DNA from: the human T2T-CHM13v2.0 reference genome, Homo sapiens
Reading direction: 5' to 3' (one strand)
NCBI RefSeq assembly: GCF_009914755.1
Contig: NC_060938.1
DNA: 64,000 bases
The notes beneath the pieces are model-generated. The model saw only the letters and a list, made by a program, of their open reading frames with translations, did no database searches and had not been told where the DNA came from. Positions 1 to 39,133 of the stretch are shown here, piece by piece; positions within the stretch are counted from its first letter, which is position 1, and each line of letters begins with the position of its first letter. Made by a program: the position numbers and the translations under genes.

Positions 1-423
<423 letters not shown>

Positions 424-785
424 CCTAACTGCAGGCAGAAAACTGGAAGTAGCACTGGGTGGTACTATTCATTACATTTGTTGAAAAATGGAGAAAGGGG
501 AAGTGAAACCCTTGACAGCTCACTGGATCTTGGTGTACTGAAATTTCCCTCTCACTGTAATCAAAAGAATCTAAATGTGACCTTATGCAAAGAAGGCAGG
601 CATCCCTTATGATAGCAGATCCTCAAACAAGTATGTACCTCTCTCTTTAATGTACTACATGAATCCCAGCTCTTCTAGCAAATCATCATTTTTGAACAAA
701 GTATACTCTTTCATTATCATATTCTAATCAAATATCGCTGATGCCTATGAAATTGTTTCCTCCTTTCAGTAAAAGGTCAAATACG

Positions 786-1085
<300 letters not shown>

Positions 1086-1813
1086 TCAAATACGTTTATT
1101 AGCCTTACTTGTAATATTTGTAGATAAGAGTTCAAAAGCATCATTTCTGATCTTCCATCCCATTTTCTCCAAATGCGTTACTGAGCAACTCCTCTCTGCC
1201 TTTATTCTCTGCTATGTAGTCTCCAAAATACCCAGATTTATACTTTTATCTAGGCATTTTTCTCCTTGCCTCTAAAATTTCCATTCTAAAGCCTTATTAT
1301 ACGCATCTCTCCCAATCCCTATAAACCTCCTCTATCCCTTACCAGGAGTTTATCTTTCTGGTATCTTAGAATCTTAGAATTTACGGTCAGGAACTCTGTT
1401 CTGTGTTCTTTTTTCTTTCACATACACAGCCTTCAGCTGACAAAGAGACGAAAATTCCACCTGCCACTCAGTTTGCTACTTTAAACTTCACGTCACCAGT
1501 GAGACATCTCAGCTATCTTCTGACTGGTGACATCATTCATCCCACAGCAATCAGCAGAAGGATAGCAGTCCCTAGGCTTAATTGGTGTGAGCAAGCTCTT
1601 GGTCACATGTTGCTCAGAAAAACTGCACATTTCTAGGTTAGGCTGGGTCTGTGTATAGTCAGATGCACACTATTCCTGGGGGAAGGCCAAACCCCACAAC
1701 TGGCATACTCAGGCCTGCTAATACCCTGGTGTCTCCAAAATACTCTACCACTGCTGTTTCCTCAGAAGGTCCAGATATAAGCTCTCTGGAAACGCCTCAT
1801 ATCTGTTACCTAA

Positions 1814-3292
<1,479 letters not shown>

Positions 3293-3358
3293 CAATTAAA
3301 ATAAAAATTTTAAAGAAACAACCAATTCACTTACTCAGGTGTCATGGGTGAGAGCCTC

Positions 3359-4346
<988 letters not shown>

Positions 4347-4589
4347 CCTCTGGCAAGAAGACACACCAAATGCAATCCCTGTGGGTCACTGGATCAGAGT
4401 CCTCCCGCTCTCCTTCCTGGAACTCAGTCAGCACTTTGGTCCCTGTGGCTCTGACCACTCTGAGGGAGCAAGCAGGCAGTTTGTACCAGGAGGGTCTTAT
4501 AGTAACAACCCCGTGAGTCCCTTCTCCAAGCCATGTAAATCCAATCCTTATTGGTTTGCTTAGCTAGGGGTCAGTTCAAGTCCTCAGGT

Positions 4590-5900
<1,311 letters not shown>

Positions 5901-8082
5901 GCCCAGCGTCTTCCGCAACCTCCTCTAGGCTACCTGCCCAGCTTCTTCTGAGGCAGAGAGAAAAAGAAAGGAACATAGAAACATAGAACATAGAAAGGAA
6001 GAGAGCAAGGATGAGCCCCCAAAGGGACTTGATGATCAAAGCAGCATAAAGGTCTACCCCTTCACTGCTGGTCAAGAGTTTGTTCCAAAGTTCACAACAA
6101 ACCCACACTAGAACCCAAGGCTCTGATGAAAGCCTATTTCTTGAGGTGAATATGGGCCAGAAAAGGTAAGTTTCTTCACCTCCACCCTCAGATGGCTCTT
6201 GGGAAAAGCCCTCTGAAAAAGGCAACTAGCTTCCAAGTAGAAGGTTCAAAGGGCAAAAGTCCGTTGGGGGGCCCAGCATCTGACTGTTCCACCTCATTAG
6301 CCACAAGTACATGAGATCAGTCATTCTGGTACCAGGAGAAGCTGCACGAGGACACCTGGCCAAAGCTCTCAGACACACAGAGATCCAAAGTCCTTCACAG
6401 CCCACAGCAGCTCTGGCAGACTCAGGGTAAGCTGTCTGCCCCCTTCCCACAGCAACCCTCAGCCCCCACCAGCACCCTGAAAGGCAAAAGCACGAAATAC
6501 CCTTCTCAGCCAAGTTGAACCTGGAATCATATCTTCTGTTCATTCATCCAGCCAACATTTATTGAAGAACCCACTACATGCAATTCACTGTGGCCACATG
6601 TGTATGACACGAAGAATCTTTGCCTGATCCCTGAAGAACAGTACTCTGTAAACAAAGAGCCCTGAACTTCCAGGTACTGCTGACTCACTGGTACAGGGGA
6701 CATACTGAAGGCATAGATGGTAAAAATGTCCTGGTAGTGTCCTGAATGGCAAAACAACTAGGTCTCAGTGTGGGCAAGTGTAGGTAAGGCAAGAACAGTC
6801 ATGTCCACCTGTGAACAGTGGGCCAAAACACCTTGGCTCTGAGGAAAGGACAGTCGGGTGGAGCTGGACTTCTGGACACCTATCCTCTTGCTGAGAGGAA
6901 AGTTCCACCTCTCTTGCAAAACAGAAAGAAAAGGCTCAGCCCTCCTTTCTGATCCCTGAGCTATTGTGAAGTAAAATGTAAACTGCTTTTAAGTCATCCA
7001 AAGACAGCATGCGGAAGGTAAAGCTTTTAGAAATCAATAAGATGCATATGATATGAATATAACTTGCAGTAATAGATACTATTTTTAACTGACAACTGTG
7101 TGCCAGGTCACTATGTACTTACACCTATCTTCTAATTTAATCTGACAGAGAGTAAGTTTTATTATCTTTATTTTACACTTGAGAAAACTGAGGTCAGGCA
7201 GTGACTAGCTCCAAAGCCTATATCCATTCCACCACACCACATACCTCCCTAACTGTATGCAAGAATGTGAGACGGGGAGTGGGATTATCTCCCCCTGTGG
7301 TAATGGAGATGCCTAGAACTTCAGAGCACTGGGGCAGTCCACGAATTTCTCCAAGAAGTCAGAATAAGCAGCTTCAGGAGGTGCCACCTGCACACCTCTC
7401 TGTTTGGGAAAAGCAACCATTTCTACTACCCTAGACAGGACAGTGAGGCTCCTTCAAAACTCAGAATTCCTTCACTCACTCACTCATTCATTCATTCATT
7501 AAGCTTATATTGAGTACCCACTGTGTTCCAGGCCCTGTGCAGGCTCTGAGATTAAGATCCAGTCTCCAGCCTTCACTCAAAAGTGGACATTGACAATTAC
7601 AAGAATCAGGTGCTATGAAAGTCACTGAGAGGCAACCTATCCACCCACACGTCACTGGAGGAGTGAATGGGGTGCAGGCAAGCACCAGGATCACTGTTAT
7701 CTGGACTGAGTGCATGGAGGCTGCTGCTGGGGTGGGGGAGGGGAAGCAATATTCCTGACAGAGAGGGCAAAACGTTATTACCCTGACAATGAAATCAGCA
7801 ATGAATGAAGTCAACCACCCGTATAAAAAAACCTACTTAAGCAATAACCAGTAAATGATTTCAAGGTCTATTAGTAATACCAGACTATCTAGGGCTGTAG
7901 TTCAACAGCTCTAAAGGTAGACTATGCCTGCCAAAAGACTGCAAACAACTGGCAGGAGCAGAGACTCTGTGTTTGCTCTTTGGAAACTGTCATGATTTGA
8001 ATAGAAAAAGATGAAAATATGGTACAAATATAGATCACATTTCTATGAGGTAGGGACCCCATTTTATAGAAGAGAGAACTGA

Positions 8083-13562
<5,480 letters not shown>

Positions 13563-14167
13563 CTATTTTTGCAAAGAGGTGAATGGAGTAAGGGAATAAG
13601 CTCTGCAGGCATCTGGAGACGTGCCTTCCTTGCAGAAGAAACAAATACAAAATCCCTGAGACATGTATGTGCCAGGAAAATGCAGGAGAGGCAAGAAGGC
13701 CAGTGTAGCTGGAGCAGACAAAGTGAGGGCAAGAAGTCCAAGGTGAATCAAAGAAGTCAGGTGGAGTAGGGCCACATAGGCCACGGTAGAAATGTGGGTG
13801 CTTCAGCCCAGCCTGACTCCTTTCATCCTTCAGTGCTGATGCAGACATCATCCCCTGAACAAGCCACTCTCCACCCCTGCAAGCACCTGCCACATATACA
13901 TGTTTAAGTGACTATGTATACCTCGCTTCCCACCACACTGTGCGTTCCCTACAGGCAGGGGCTCCACCTTTCAGCTCCATGCTTTATAGAGCCCAACATG
14001 TTCAGAAAAAATTTCTCAAATTATTCAAACTTTCTTCTTTTGTTCCAATTCCACACCCTGCAAGCAACTTCCTGATTACTAGATTGGTTTCCCAGTTACT
14101 AGGGTATCAGGGAGGGGATGCCTTGATAGTGAACACACACCTTCTGGTCATTAGAAATTACTCATGT

Positions 14168-15883
<1,716 letters not shown>

Positions 15884-15929
15884 AGAAATTACCCATGTAT
15901 GCTCATCAATAAACTGTACATACATCAAA

Positions 15930-22718
<6,789 letters not shown>

Positions 22719-22906
22719 TCAGGAAGAATATGCAAACTGCTAATAGTGCTTACTGTGAGAAGCTGGGGAAAAGGTGAGTGTTTTTGCGATACACTGTGGT
22801 ACTGTTTGAATTTTCACACAAAGCATACTTTAACTATATATATATATATATATATGTTGTCAGAGACATTCCTCTCTATCTCCTTCTTACTCCCAGACTG
22901 CACTCA

Positions 22907-23524
<618 letters not shown>

Positions 23525-23623
23525 CTATAGATTAGGTGGTTGGCAATTACATTGAACCTCTACCCGCCTCCAACACAGGGTAATACGGGCAGCTCACCAA
23601 CCACTGCGGAGACCTCCAAATAA

Positions 23624-24037
<414 letters not shown>

Positions 24038-24263
24038 TAGTAGAGATGGGGTTTCTCCATGTTGGTCAGGATGGTCTCAAACTCCCGACCTCAGGTTATC
24101 CGCCCGCCTCGGCCTCCCAAAGTGCTGGGATTACAGGCGTGAGCCACCTTGCCCAGCCTCCAACTTGAATTTTTAAGAGAAGGCACTCATTCACCAGAGA
24201 GAAAGGATCTGTCTCTCATCATTAGGATATTGCTGCCCACCCGACTCACCAAATAGAGAACTA

Positions 24264-24551
<288 letters not shown>

Positions 24552-25388
24552 TCAAAAAAAAAACAAAATCAAAAACAAAACACTAAATGTTGGTTCTCTC
24601 TGAGCCTGCTATAATACAAGACAGGCATGGGGGCAGTGTGGCGGCTCCCAGAAAATAACTATAATGGCTTGACCCCGAGTTTTCAGCCTTATCCAAAACC
24701 CGTCTTCCCTCCAATTTCAGCTTCAGGGATCACCTGTGCTGAGGTACAACATTAGGAACTGACCTTACCAGCAGCTAATCTGTGGGAGCGTCTCATGACA
24801 CTGCTCTTTTCCCCAAGGACTCTACGTCTGCCAAAACTAAAGGCTTCAGAAACCTGCTGGAAACCCACAACCATCCTCCTGCCCAAAGAGCATCCCTTAA
24901 CCCTTAGCTGGAGTCTTCAGCCCTGGCAAAGCCCAAGTAGACCCACTTCACCCTGAAAGAAGACAGGCTATTATCTTTTCCTTGCTTTTCCTTTCCCATT
25001 CTCTGGTATTCTAAGCCTCCTGCTATCAATCCCTCACATCAGCATCGTTGAATCACCCAAAAAAGTATGAATGAGAGAAGGGCGATCCAATGTACCATAA
25101 AACCTAGGGATGATTGGAGGCAGCTGATGGCCACTCCCTACCCCAGAGTTGCTGCTGGAGAGATATCACCCCGAGCCAAGGCAGGGAGACAGCTGCAGCC
25201 AGGCAGCACATGCTGGAAAACACCGAACAGGAGACAGCTGAGAGGAAAATGGGAGAGGCTAGTCAAGCAATGGAGAGATGTTAGGGTGAGAGGCACTCGG
25301 GAGAAGAAGCGATTAGACACTGCACAGCAGCAAAGAGGAGGGTTAGCAAGGTAAGTGGAGATGAGAAGAGGGTGGAACGCACACTCAC

Positions 25389-25520
25389 TCCTTGGTCCTG
25401 GATATAAGCAGGTTCTCACGGCAGTGTGAGCGGCAGTCAGGGAGAGAAGTGCCTTCCAGGATCTGTGGTCTGATGCTCCTCCTTCCCAGCCAGCAGTAAA
25501 AGGGAAGGCCAGACAAATGC
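25389..25520 (-). other. SLC7A7: SLC7A7 non-coding 5'UTR exon (132 nt)
   Basis: Minus-strand acceptor ...aaatccatAG at 25521-25522 and donor GA|GTGAGT at 25388; junction matches recalled SLC7A7 mRNA 5'UTR. Confidence 0.8.
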
Positions 25521-26397
25521 CTATGGATTTAAGCAAGAAGGGTGGAGGAGGTGAGGCAGCCCGCAAAGGAAGGAGTGAGGGAGGGGGAAAGGAGTATTAA
25601 GCAACCATCTGGGTCCAAGGTTCACTGGCCCTTCACATCTGCAAAAGGGGCAGCTAGGAGCTCTTGGCTCAGCACTTTCTGTGATAAGAAGGTGCTCTCT
25701 CAGGAATCTCCTTTGTCAGCTCTGCTCTGGGACCAGGGGCCCAGAAGAAAGGACAGTCAGCTGAGTGCAGTATCTGTAGCCCTGGGGAAGCTGTCCCAGA
25801 GCAAGTTAGCTGAGGACAGGACAGTAGCGGGGAAGGAATACACAGCACTCTCTCTCTCTGTGTCCTCCATGCCCCACCCTAGCCTCTCTTCTCTCTCACC
25901 CCAAGCATTTAAGAAAGGGAGGAAGGTTGCACAGTGTGACACAAAGGCTTGTTCCCATGCTGAGATTACAGGAAGTGTAAGAGCAGTCTCTACACCATGT
26001 GACTGGGTGTTCTAAGAGAACTCTGCACACTTCCCCATGCAAAGAGAGACTGGGGGGTTGCCTCCAAGCCTGGGCCACTGCCCCAAAGTCTGAGCCTCAG
26101 ACTACTTCAAAAGAAACACAGTCAAGAGATCAAATATCTGACTGCATCCCCACCAGACCCACGTGCCTTTTCATTCTTGACAAAACATACCAAGATCTCT
26201 GGGATAAGCATAAATTCCTATAAACGCCTTCCTCAAATATAAGTTGACTCCACTTTCCTAAAAAATATGAGGAAATCAGGCCAGACGCGGTGGCTCACGC
26301 CTGTAATCCCAGCACTTTGGGAGGCTGAGGCAGGCGGATCACAAGGTCAGGAGATCAAGACCATCCTGGCTAACACGGTGAAACCCCGTCTCTACTA

Positions 26398-26679
<282 letters not shown>

Positions 26680-27346
26680 TCACATAGTTTATGCTATCTT
26701 TATTATTTACTTTAAATCTGGTATTCTGAGTCTCTTTTACCAACAGAAATAGACCCTATCCATTCTGAAATCCAACTGTCTGTTTCTTCTCCTATCTGTT
26801 CTAACCCTCTTTGGTTATTCTACAACCAGAGAATAGAGATCTAAATATCTCTGGGAGACATCTCTACCATACATCCTCCCATTCTAGCTCTTTAAACTTT
26901 TAATTTAATCTAGGAGGAGGATTCTGGTGTGAGCGTTCCCAGAGATCATGCTTCTCCCAAGACAGGCTCACAATGATCTGAAATCCTTCTGGAGGAGACT
27001 CTCCTTTTCTCCAAAATGCTCCTGTAATAATAATTGCTATCACTTATTGAGCACTTACTGGGCCAGACACACTGCTAAGGACTTAAGCACATTATCTCAT
27101 GGAACCTCCAGAGCTCATATACTCTTAATCACACAAGTATACTATCTCTCCATCTCCCCATCCCCCTGGCCTGCCTTAGTCTCTAGGCCTTCCTTTTATT
27201 TTTTTTTTTTTTTTATTTATTTTCTTTTTTTGAGACAGAGTCTCACTCTGTCCCCCAGGCTGGAGTGCAGTGGCACGATCTTGACTCACTGCAACCTCCA
27301 CCACCTCCTGGTTCAAGCAATTCTCATGCATCAGCCTCCTGAGTAA

Positions 27347-27614
<268 letters not shown>

Positions 27615-28616
27615 TGACCAGGATGGTCTTAAACTCCTAAACTCAGGCAATCCGCCCACCTCGGCCTCCCAAAGTGCTAGGATTACAGGCATGAGCCATT
27701 GTGCCCAGCCTAATTTTTGTATTTCTAGTAGAGACGAGGTTTTGCCATGTTGGCCAGGCCGGTCTTGAACTCCTGGCCTCAACTGATCCACCTGCTTCTG
27801 CCTCCCAAAGTGATGGGATTACAGGCGTGAGCCACCGATGCCACCTTAGACCTTGCTTTTGGACAGGAATTATCTACATGAATTACCTGGGGGAAGATGT
27901 AAGCAGACTAGATTAAAAAGAAAGAAAGCCTCTGTCATCCTTCAGTCTATAGCCTAGACGAAAGGCTCCAACAAAGTTTGTTAATCTCCTTCCTGGCTGC
28001 CCCTCCCCTTTCTCATTCTTTGCAGGGATAAGAGGTGATTACAAGTCCTCTTGGCAGTGCTGCTATTGCTAGGGTGCCCACTTCTAAAGCAAACAAAAAA
28101 AAAAACACAAACACATCATCACGCCTGCCCTTTTAAGACCAAATTCACTGGCACCAAGGGGTGGGCATGTGTCCTAATATGACGTAAAAGAAAGGAAGGA
28201 AGGAGGGACAAAGGAAGGGAAAACTGTGAGGGGGAATGGAGAGAGAAGTGTACAGGGTTTCATTCCTGACTGGTAGCATCTGAAAAGTGAAGTCCTATCC
28301 GTGGAATTTTGAGACAGAAATCTGCTGGGGGTAAAACCCACACTCCAGCAAACAGCACGCCCTAGTGGTAGCACCAGGAAGTGCTAGTGGACTCTAACCT
28401 ACTTCAGTCTGCCCGTGCGCACTAGGCAAGGGAGGCTGCCATGCATTGAGAACATGAAGACCCCCTCTTTTCTCAACCACTACCTAGCACCCTGGACAAG
28501 AAGGCACCATCTTTGGCAGCTCACATTTCTCCCTGAGACCCTGGGTCTTAGGGTAATGCTTCCACCATTCAGGCAGCCCCACCATTCAGGCAGCCTGGGA
28601 CCAGCAACACCCCTAG

Positions 28617-28898
<282 letters not shown>

Positions 28899-29707
28899 TG
28901 ATCCTCCCACCTCAGCCTCCCAAAGTGCTGGGATTAAAGGTGTGAGCCACCGTGCCTGACCCACCCCAGGTTTTACATGAGAAACCCCATAAGATAACAG
29001 CAGCCCTTGTTGCCTTTCCCTGTCTGAGATGCATTCATCTCTGAACACCCAGTGAAGATTACAGGACAACACACTCATCCTACAGCTTGTGGAAGAAATT
29101 TGATTCAGAAACTGGCAGCAGGGCCTCCAGTATGCAGTGCTGGGCAGGACAGCCAATGGAGCCCCTCACCCTAACCTCACCCTCGAATGACAACACCAAA
29201 ACACAATTTCTCCAGGAACTAGTACATAATTCGGGGTCTTGGCTCCTCAGCCAAGCTCAGGGAACTACTGTAAGAACACACTTTCTCTCCCAGAGACCCC
29301 ATGTCCTGCCTTCCTGGCTCCAATCAGTCTGTGCTGCCTCCCCTAACAACAGAAACAGAAAACAGATACACTCTGGTATGACTAGATTTCCCCATCACTC
29401 CAAGCTAGAAGCTCAGCTCCTCCCTCCCCAGTTCTCTGTTTGTTTTTCTATATTCCACTGTGGCTAAGACAGTCTCTTTAAAAAAAAAAAAAAAAAGTGA
29501 AACAAAAAAGAAATTGTTTACTCCTGTGGCCAGGGCTTCCATTAAGGAAGGGCTGAAGTCTCTGGGCAGAAGGTTCAGCCCAGGGAGGGACAGGGCTGGG
29601 ATCAAGAAACAGGAGGCTCTTGGGTCTCCATTCAGCCAATTTTTAGGACTCCATCCTCCTCCTGCACTTCCCCTCTCGCCCATTGTCCCTCCTCTCCCAC
29701 CTCTTAC

Positions 29708-29880
29708 CTGTCCAGTGACCTTTGGGCAGGTGCGGGGAGGAGGGGCTACCAGCTGAGTCAGGGGAGAGGGGAAGGTGCTAGTTAGGAGAACCAAGCGTAT
29801 CGCTCATGCTGCAACAGCTGTTGACTCTGAGGAGCAGAAAAAGCAGAGGGTAACGGGGACTGAAATGGAAAACAGGAAAA
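29708..29880 (-). other. SLC7A7: Probable SLC7A7 alternative first non-coding exon (5' end approximate)
   Basis: Strong minus-strand donor CAG|GTAAGA at 29707 in a unique GC-rich segment with AP-1 (TGAGTCA 29754-29760) and E-box (CACATGTG 29881-29888) motifs. Confidence 0.55.
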
Positions 29881-30723
29881 CACATGTGTGACTCTGGCCG
29901 GCAGCGGGGAGGGGCCAGGGGACGGGCTGGAGCTGGGACTGCCTGGTCAGACCCAGAGGACCTCAGTGCCTGCCCGCCTCCAGGCACCTTCTCTACTACA
30001 CTGGCACCAAATACCTGAGTCTCAGCTCCTTCTCCTCCCTACCTCAGCCTCACCCCCCCCTTCCTTGTTGCCCTACATTTACTGAGCACTTAAGCTTTCC
30101 CCTCCATTGACAGTGACCTCTGATGCCTCTTGCAACTCCACTCATCCCATTTCCTACTCATCTCCCACTCATGTACTATCCTTAGTTCTGCAGAGGGGAT
30201 ACGATCCCATGGTTAGGGGAAGGAAACTCTGCAGTCCCATCTCAAGAGTGTCAGTGCCATTTCAGCCCCTAAAGCAAGCCAAGGGGAGGTAATGCAAGCC
30301 AAGGAAGACCACTTATAGGGGGACAGCCAAGCACACATTTAAACACCAAGCAAGCTCACTCACAGCTGAGATCTCTAATTGGTTCAGGTGATATCGATAT
30401 ATGTCGCCAGGTAAGAGCCAACTGGGCCATGGCACCCTGGGCAGACTAATGAGTTGGCATCCCTTCGAACCAGTTTTATTTAAACATCCGTCGAACGTTT
30501 ACTTAGCAGAGGTGGGGGAAATATCAATTTTCCTGGAATACAAATTGTGTAAGCCTCTTTATATTTAAAATTAGAAATTATTACACATCAGCCGGGCACG
30601 GTGGCTCACGCCTGTAATCCCAGCACTTTGGGAGGCCGAGTCGGGCAGATCACAAGGTCAGGAGTTCGAGACCAGTCTGGCCAACATAGTGAAACCCCGT
30701 CTCTACTAAATTTACAAAAATTA

Positions 30724-30846
<123 letters not shown>

Positions 30847-31949
30847 TTATTACATATCTTCATCACATGCAATCTTCTGAAGCAAACAACTTCTTGGTAA
30901 GCATAGTAAACCACTTAAAATGTGGATAATAGTATAAATCTCTTGCCCTCAGGGAGCAGCATTCACAATGCATCAGGAATTTTTGGAATTACAACTGTGA
31001 CTAACGCCTTTAAGCAACTGTCAGCTGGCTGGCCCCAGGGCTACATCCTGCAATTTGCACCTGTCTGTTGGAAAATTACTCCAGACACAAGCAGTCCAGG
31101 TAAGGAGTTGTCAATAAGTCTATGTCACTGGATGAAAGCCAACTCATATTTCACCAAGACACAGAAATCATAGTACACTGGCACCAAATACCTGAATTAT
31201 TCCAAAGATATTTTAGTGTCCTTTAGACACTCTCAGCCTGCTACCCAACTTGCCGGCCCCTTAATTGCACTCTGGAGTCGGGTCCAAGTCGTAAGGGAGG
31301 TCCTAGAAAGAGAGAAGCTGTCCTTGTCTGCATGGGCCTCCCTGCTGTCTTCCCCACTCCACTCCAGCTTCACTGGCTTCCCTGCGGTGGCCGCACAGCA
31401 AGCATGCTCCCGCCTCACAGCTTTTGCAACTCCTGTTCTCCCTGCCTGGAACATGCTTCCCAGTGATATTGTCCATTCCCGGTGTCATTTGTTTGCTGTC
31501 AGCACTCCCACTAGAATGTAAGCGTCACAAGAGCTTTGTTCACTACTGTATCCCCGCAGTGCAGGGCTCACATAGACAGTTAATAAATGTTTGCTGGGTT
31601 AATAAATGAATGAATGAACTATGTTATCTATTTGATTTCCCAGGTGGCTAGGCTCCTGCGCATGTCCTTGAATTTGCTCTCCAGGCCCTCCTGTTTGGCT
31701 GCCGCTCTGGCTCCTAAGCAAGGAGTACCCGGAGGTACTCTTTTTGACAGTAATGCGTTAAAGGCAAAGAAGAAAGTATGGCTTTCACAGTTTTACTGGG
31801 AGGCCTAGAATGATTTGAAACGGACTTTTGTTTCATTAATGGGAAAAGCAAAGCAAAACAAAAAGCCTATCATCTAACACTCTTTCCCTGGATCCAGGAA
31901 ATTCTTGTCTGCTCTACCTCACACCCAAGCTCAGGTGACCGGTCTGGGT

Positions 31950-33140
31950 GCGGCGTGGAGATGGCGAGAGCTAAGTGCTATGGCCGCGAAAGGGTGAAGG
32001 GCAGGGGAGGAAAAGGCCGAGGGGAGGCGAACGCTCAGGTTCACACATATGCAAGTGGGCTCTACAGCGGACTTCGAAGCATACACTCAACTCCCCACCA
32101 TGCGCCGGCCCGCTGCTCTACCCCTGAAAAGCTCTCCCCTGGCCCGCGATCCTTGCTGGCCTACCCCTTGGTCGTTCCCATCCCCCTCTCCGCCCCCGCC
32201 CAACCTGCTGGCCTCACTCACCTTTGTCCCTTTCTCCCATCCCCACCCCCCCACCACCCTCGCTTTCTCCGGGCCCCTCCCTGTCGTTTGTCTCCCTTTT
32301 ATTTCCCTCCTTCCTTTGGGCCCCCAGTCTGCGGCCCTAGGACAACGCCTTCCCAAGCTCGGACCCAGCCACCGTCCGCCTTCATTACCCCTCTGAAGAA
32401 CAGGGTGGCCCCGAGGCCCAGGTCTGGCTGTGGGGGACCAGGACCTCACCCCAACAGGCGTCCCTTGCGTTCCCTCCACCTGGCCAAGCAGCCCCCGCCC
32501 TTCCCCCGACTCTAGGAAGCGCTAGAAGAGGGAGTTGTGGTGGGTGTAGGCGAAGGGCGCGCAAAGGTCCAAGCACCGAGACCTCGCAAACCGCTCCCTG
32601 TCCGCTCCTCGCTCCCGCACAGCTGGATTACTGCGGGGAAATGAAAATGACCGCGGATACCCTTAGAGACTGGTCCTCCACCCCATGAACGCTCAGCTTC
32701 CTCTTCCCTCCCTCCCAACCCTGCATAAGCTGGCGGCCAGACAGGAGTCTGGGCGAGCGCCCCAACCCCTGACCACAACTGCCTCCGGCCCCGAGATGCT
32801 TGGCTGAATCTCGGTAGTGCCCCCAGACGGGAAGCCCCTTGTTGGGGGGGCGGGGGCGGGAGGCGGGGCGAGGAATGTGCCTCCTCGGAGCCGGAGGAGG
32901 GGTCTCCCGAAGGCCGTCTCTTCCACCCCGGGTTCCCGACTCCCCGCCCCCTCGGGGTAGCTGTTGCATCAGCTTCCAGATTCCAAACCAAAGAAAGTGG
33001 GCTCCACTAAGCTGGGAAGGCGTCGGGCAGCAAAGCCGCCGCCAGGAGGCAGCGCTTAATCAAAAATGTCCGGGCCGAGGGGGCCCAGGATACCGGAGTC
33101 CCCGGAGCATCTTTCATCTGAAGTCTTAGCAGCAGCGCGG
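31950..33140. promoter_or_regulatory. CpG-rich island upstream of the SLC7A7 exons
   Basis: High GC and CpG density without repeats; GC boxes at 32843-32870. Confidence 0.7.
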
Positions 33141-33868
33141 ACCTAACAAAAAAGGGAGTTGCTGAATTAGTTCAAGAAAAGGCAACTGGAAATGCTTCAT
33201 CACGTTTTAAGGCTAAAAGATGGCTTGTAAATAATATAACTACCTTTTATATACCTTTTGGATAATCTAGCTTTGGGGTTTTTTAAGCCAACGTTGGCGC
33301 TCTGCGGAGATCCACAGAGAGCCACCGCCTTCAAGACCAGTCTGATAGAAACACACAGAGCTTACGGAATTTCCCAGCCGCCAGGCAAGGAGGAATGTAG
33401 TCCGAAGTCATGATTTGCCCATCTTGAAGCTCAATCATTTAACACCTAATTTAGCCAGTACTGATATAGCAGAGATTTGACAGCTCTGGGAAAAGAAGCA
33501 GAATATGTCGCAATAAATTATGTAAATAGTAAGGAAATAATATGCAAAGTAGTGTATTGAGTAATTTGTAGCCACAGTTCTCACATTTCTTGCATGAGGT
33601 GACAGTGATTTGTTCTTTGTACTGTCCTAAAAAGGGAGATAATGAAAGAATTCCCAAACAGTTCACTCTTCTCTCCACAACTTCTTCAATCTTAGAATGT
33701 TCTCACAGGCATGCAAAAAGGAAAAGAGATTGCAAAATGAAGTAGAATTGCCTACCCAGAGTCAGCTTCCTTCGTCTTATGTTCCTTCTCCAATGTCATT
33801 ATCAATCACAACAATTACAAGGCACCTAATTTCCCAGAGCAAAGCACTTGTACAAAAGTAACTGTAGG

Positions 33869-37128
<3,260 letters not shown>

Positions 37129-37129
37129 C

Positions 37130-38519
<1,390 letters not shown>

Positions 38520-38953
38520 ACTGGCAGACAGTTAATGGGCTCTTTTGTAGGAGTTTCAGGATTTATAAAGCACTTTCACTCACATTATCACTTTTAGATC
38601 GTTTTCACAAATGTAACATATTAAGCATTTTTAAAATTAAAAAATGAAGGATAAATGACTTCTCCAAGACAGTACTGAATAGCAAGTGATAAAAGGAGGG
38701 GAGTCGCCAATCAGGGTTTGCCACTTTCTAGTACCTACCTCACAGGGTTGTTGCAAGGATAATATTAAGCAATGTGCGGTGGTAGCACTTATAAAAATGG
38801 AATGTCACATCTTAGCTCCAATACAATACCCCTTTCTCAGGAAAGTCATCTTTGATGGTCTACTGTAGATCAAGTTCACACTATAAACTCACAAACAACA
38901 TGTATTTCCTTTCCCAGCACTCAATGACAATATTCATGTATGTCATCATTTGA

Positions 38954-39133
<180 letters not shown>

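Noticed and set aside
31955-33129. ORFs in the CpG island as a hidden gene
   Set aside because: Open in several frames on both strands, as expected for GC-rich DNA
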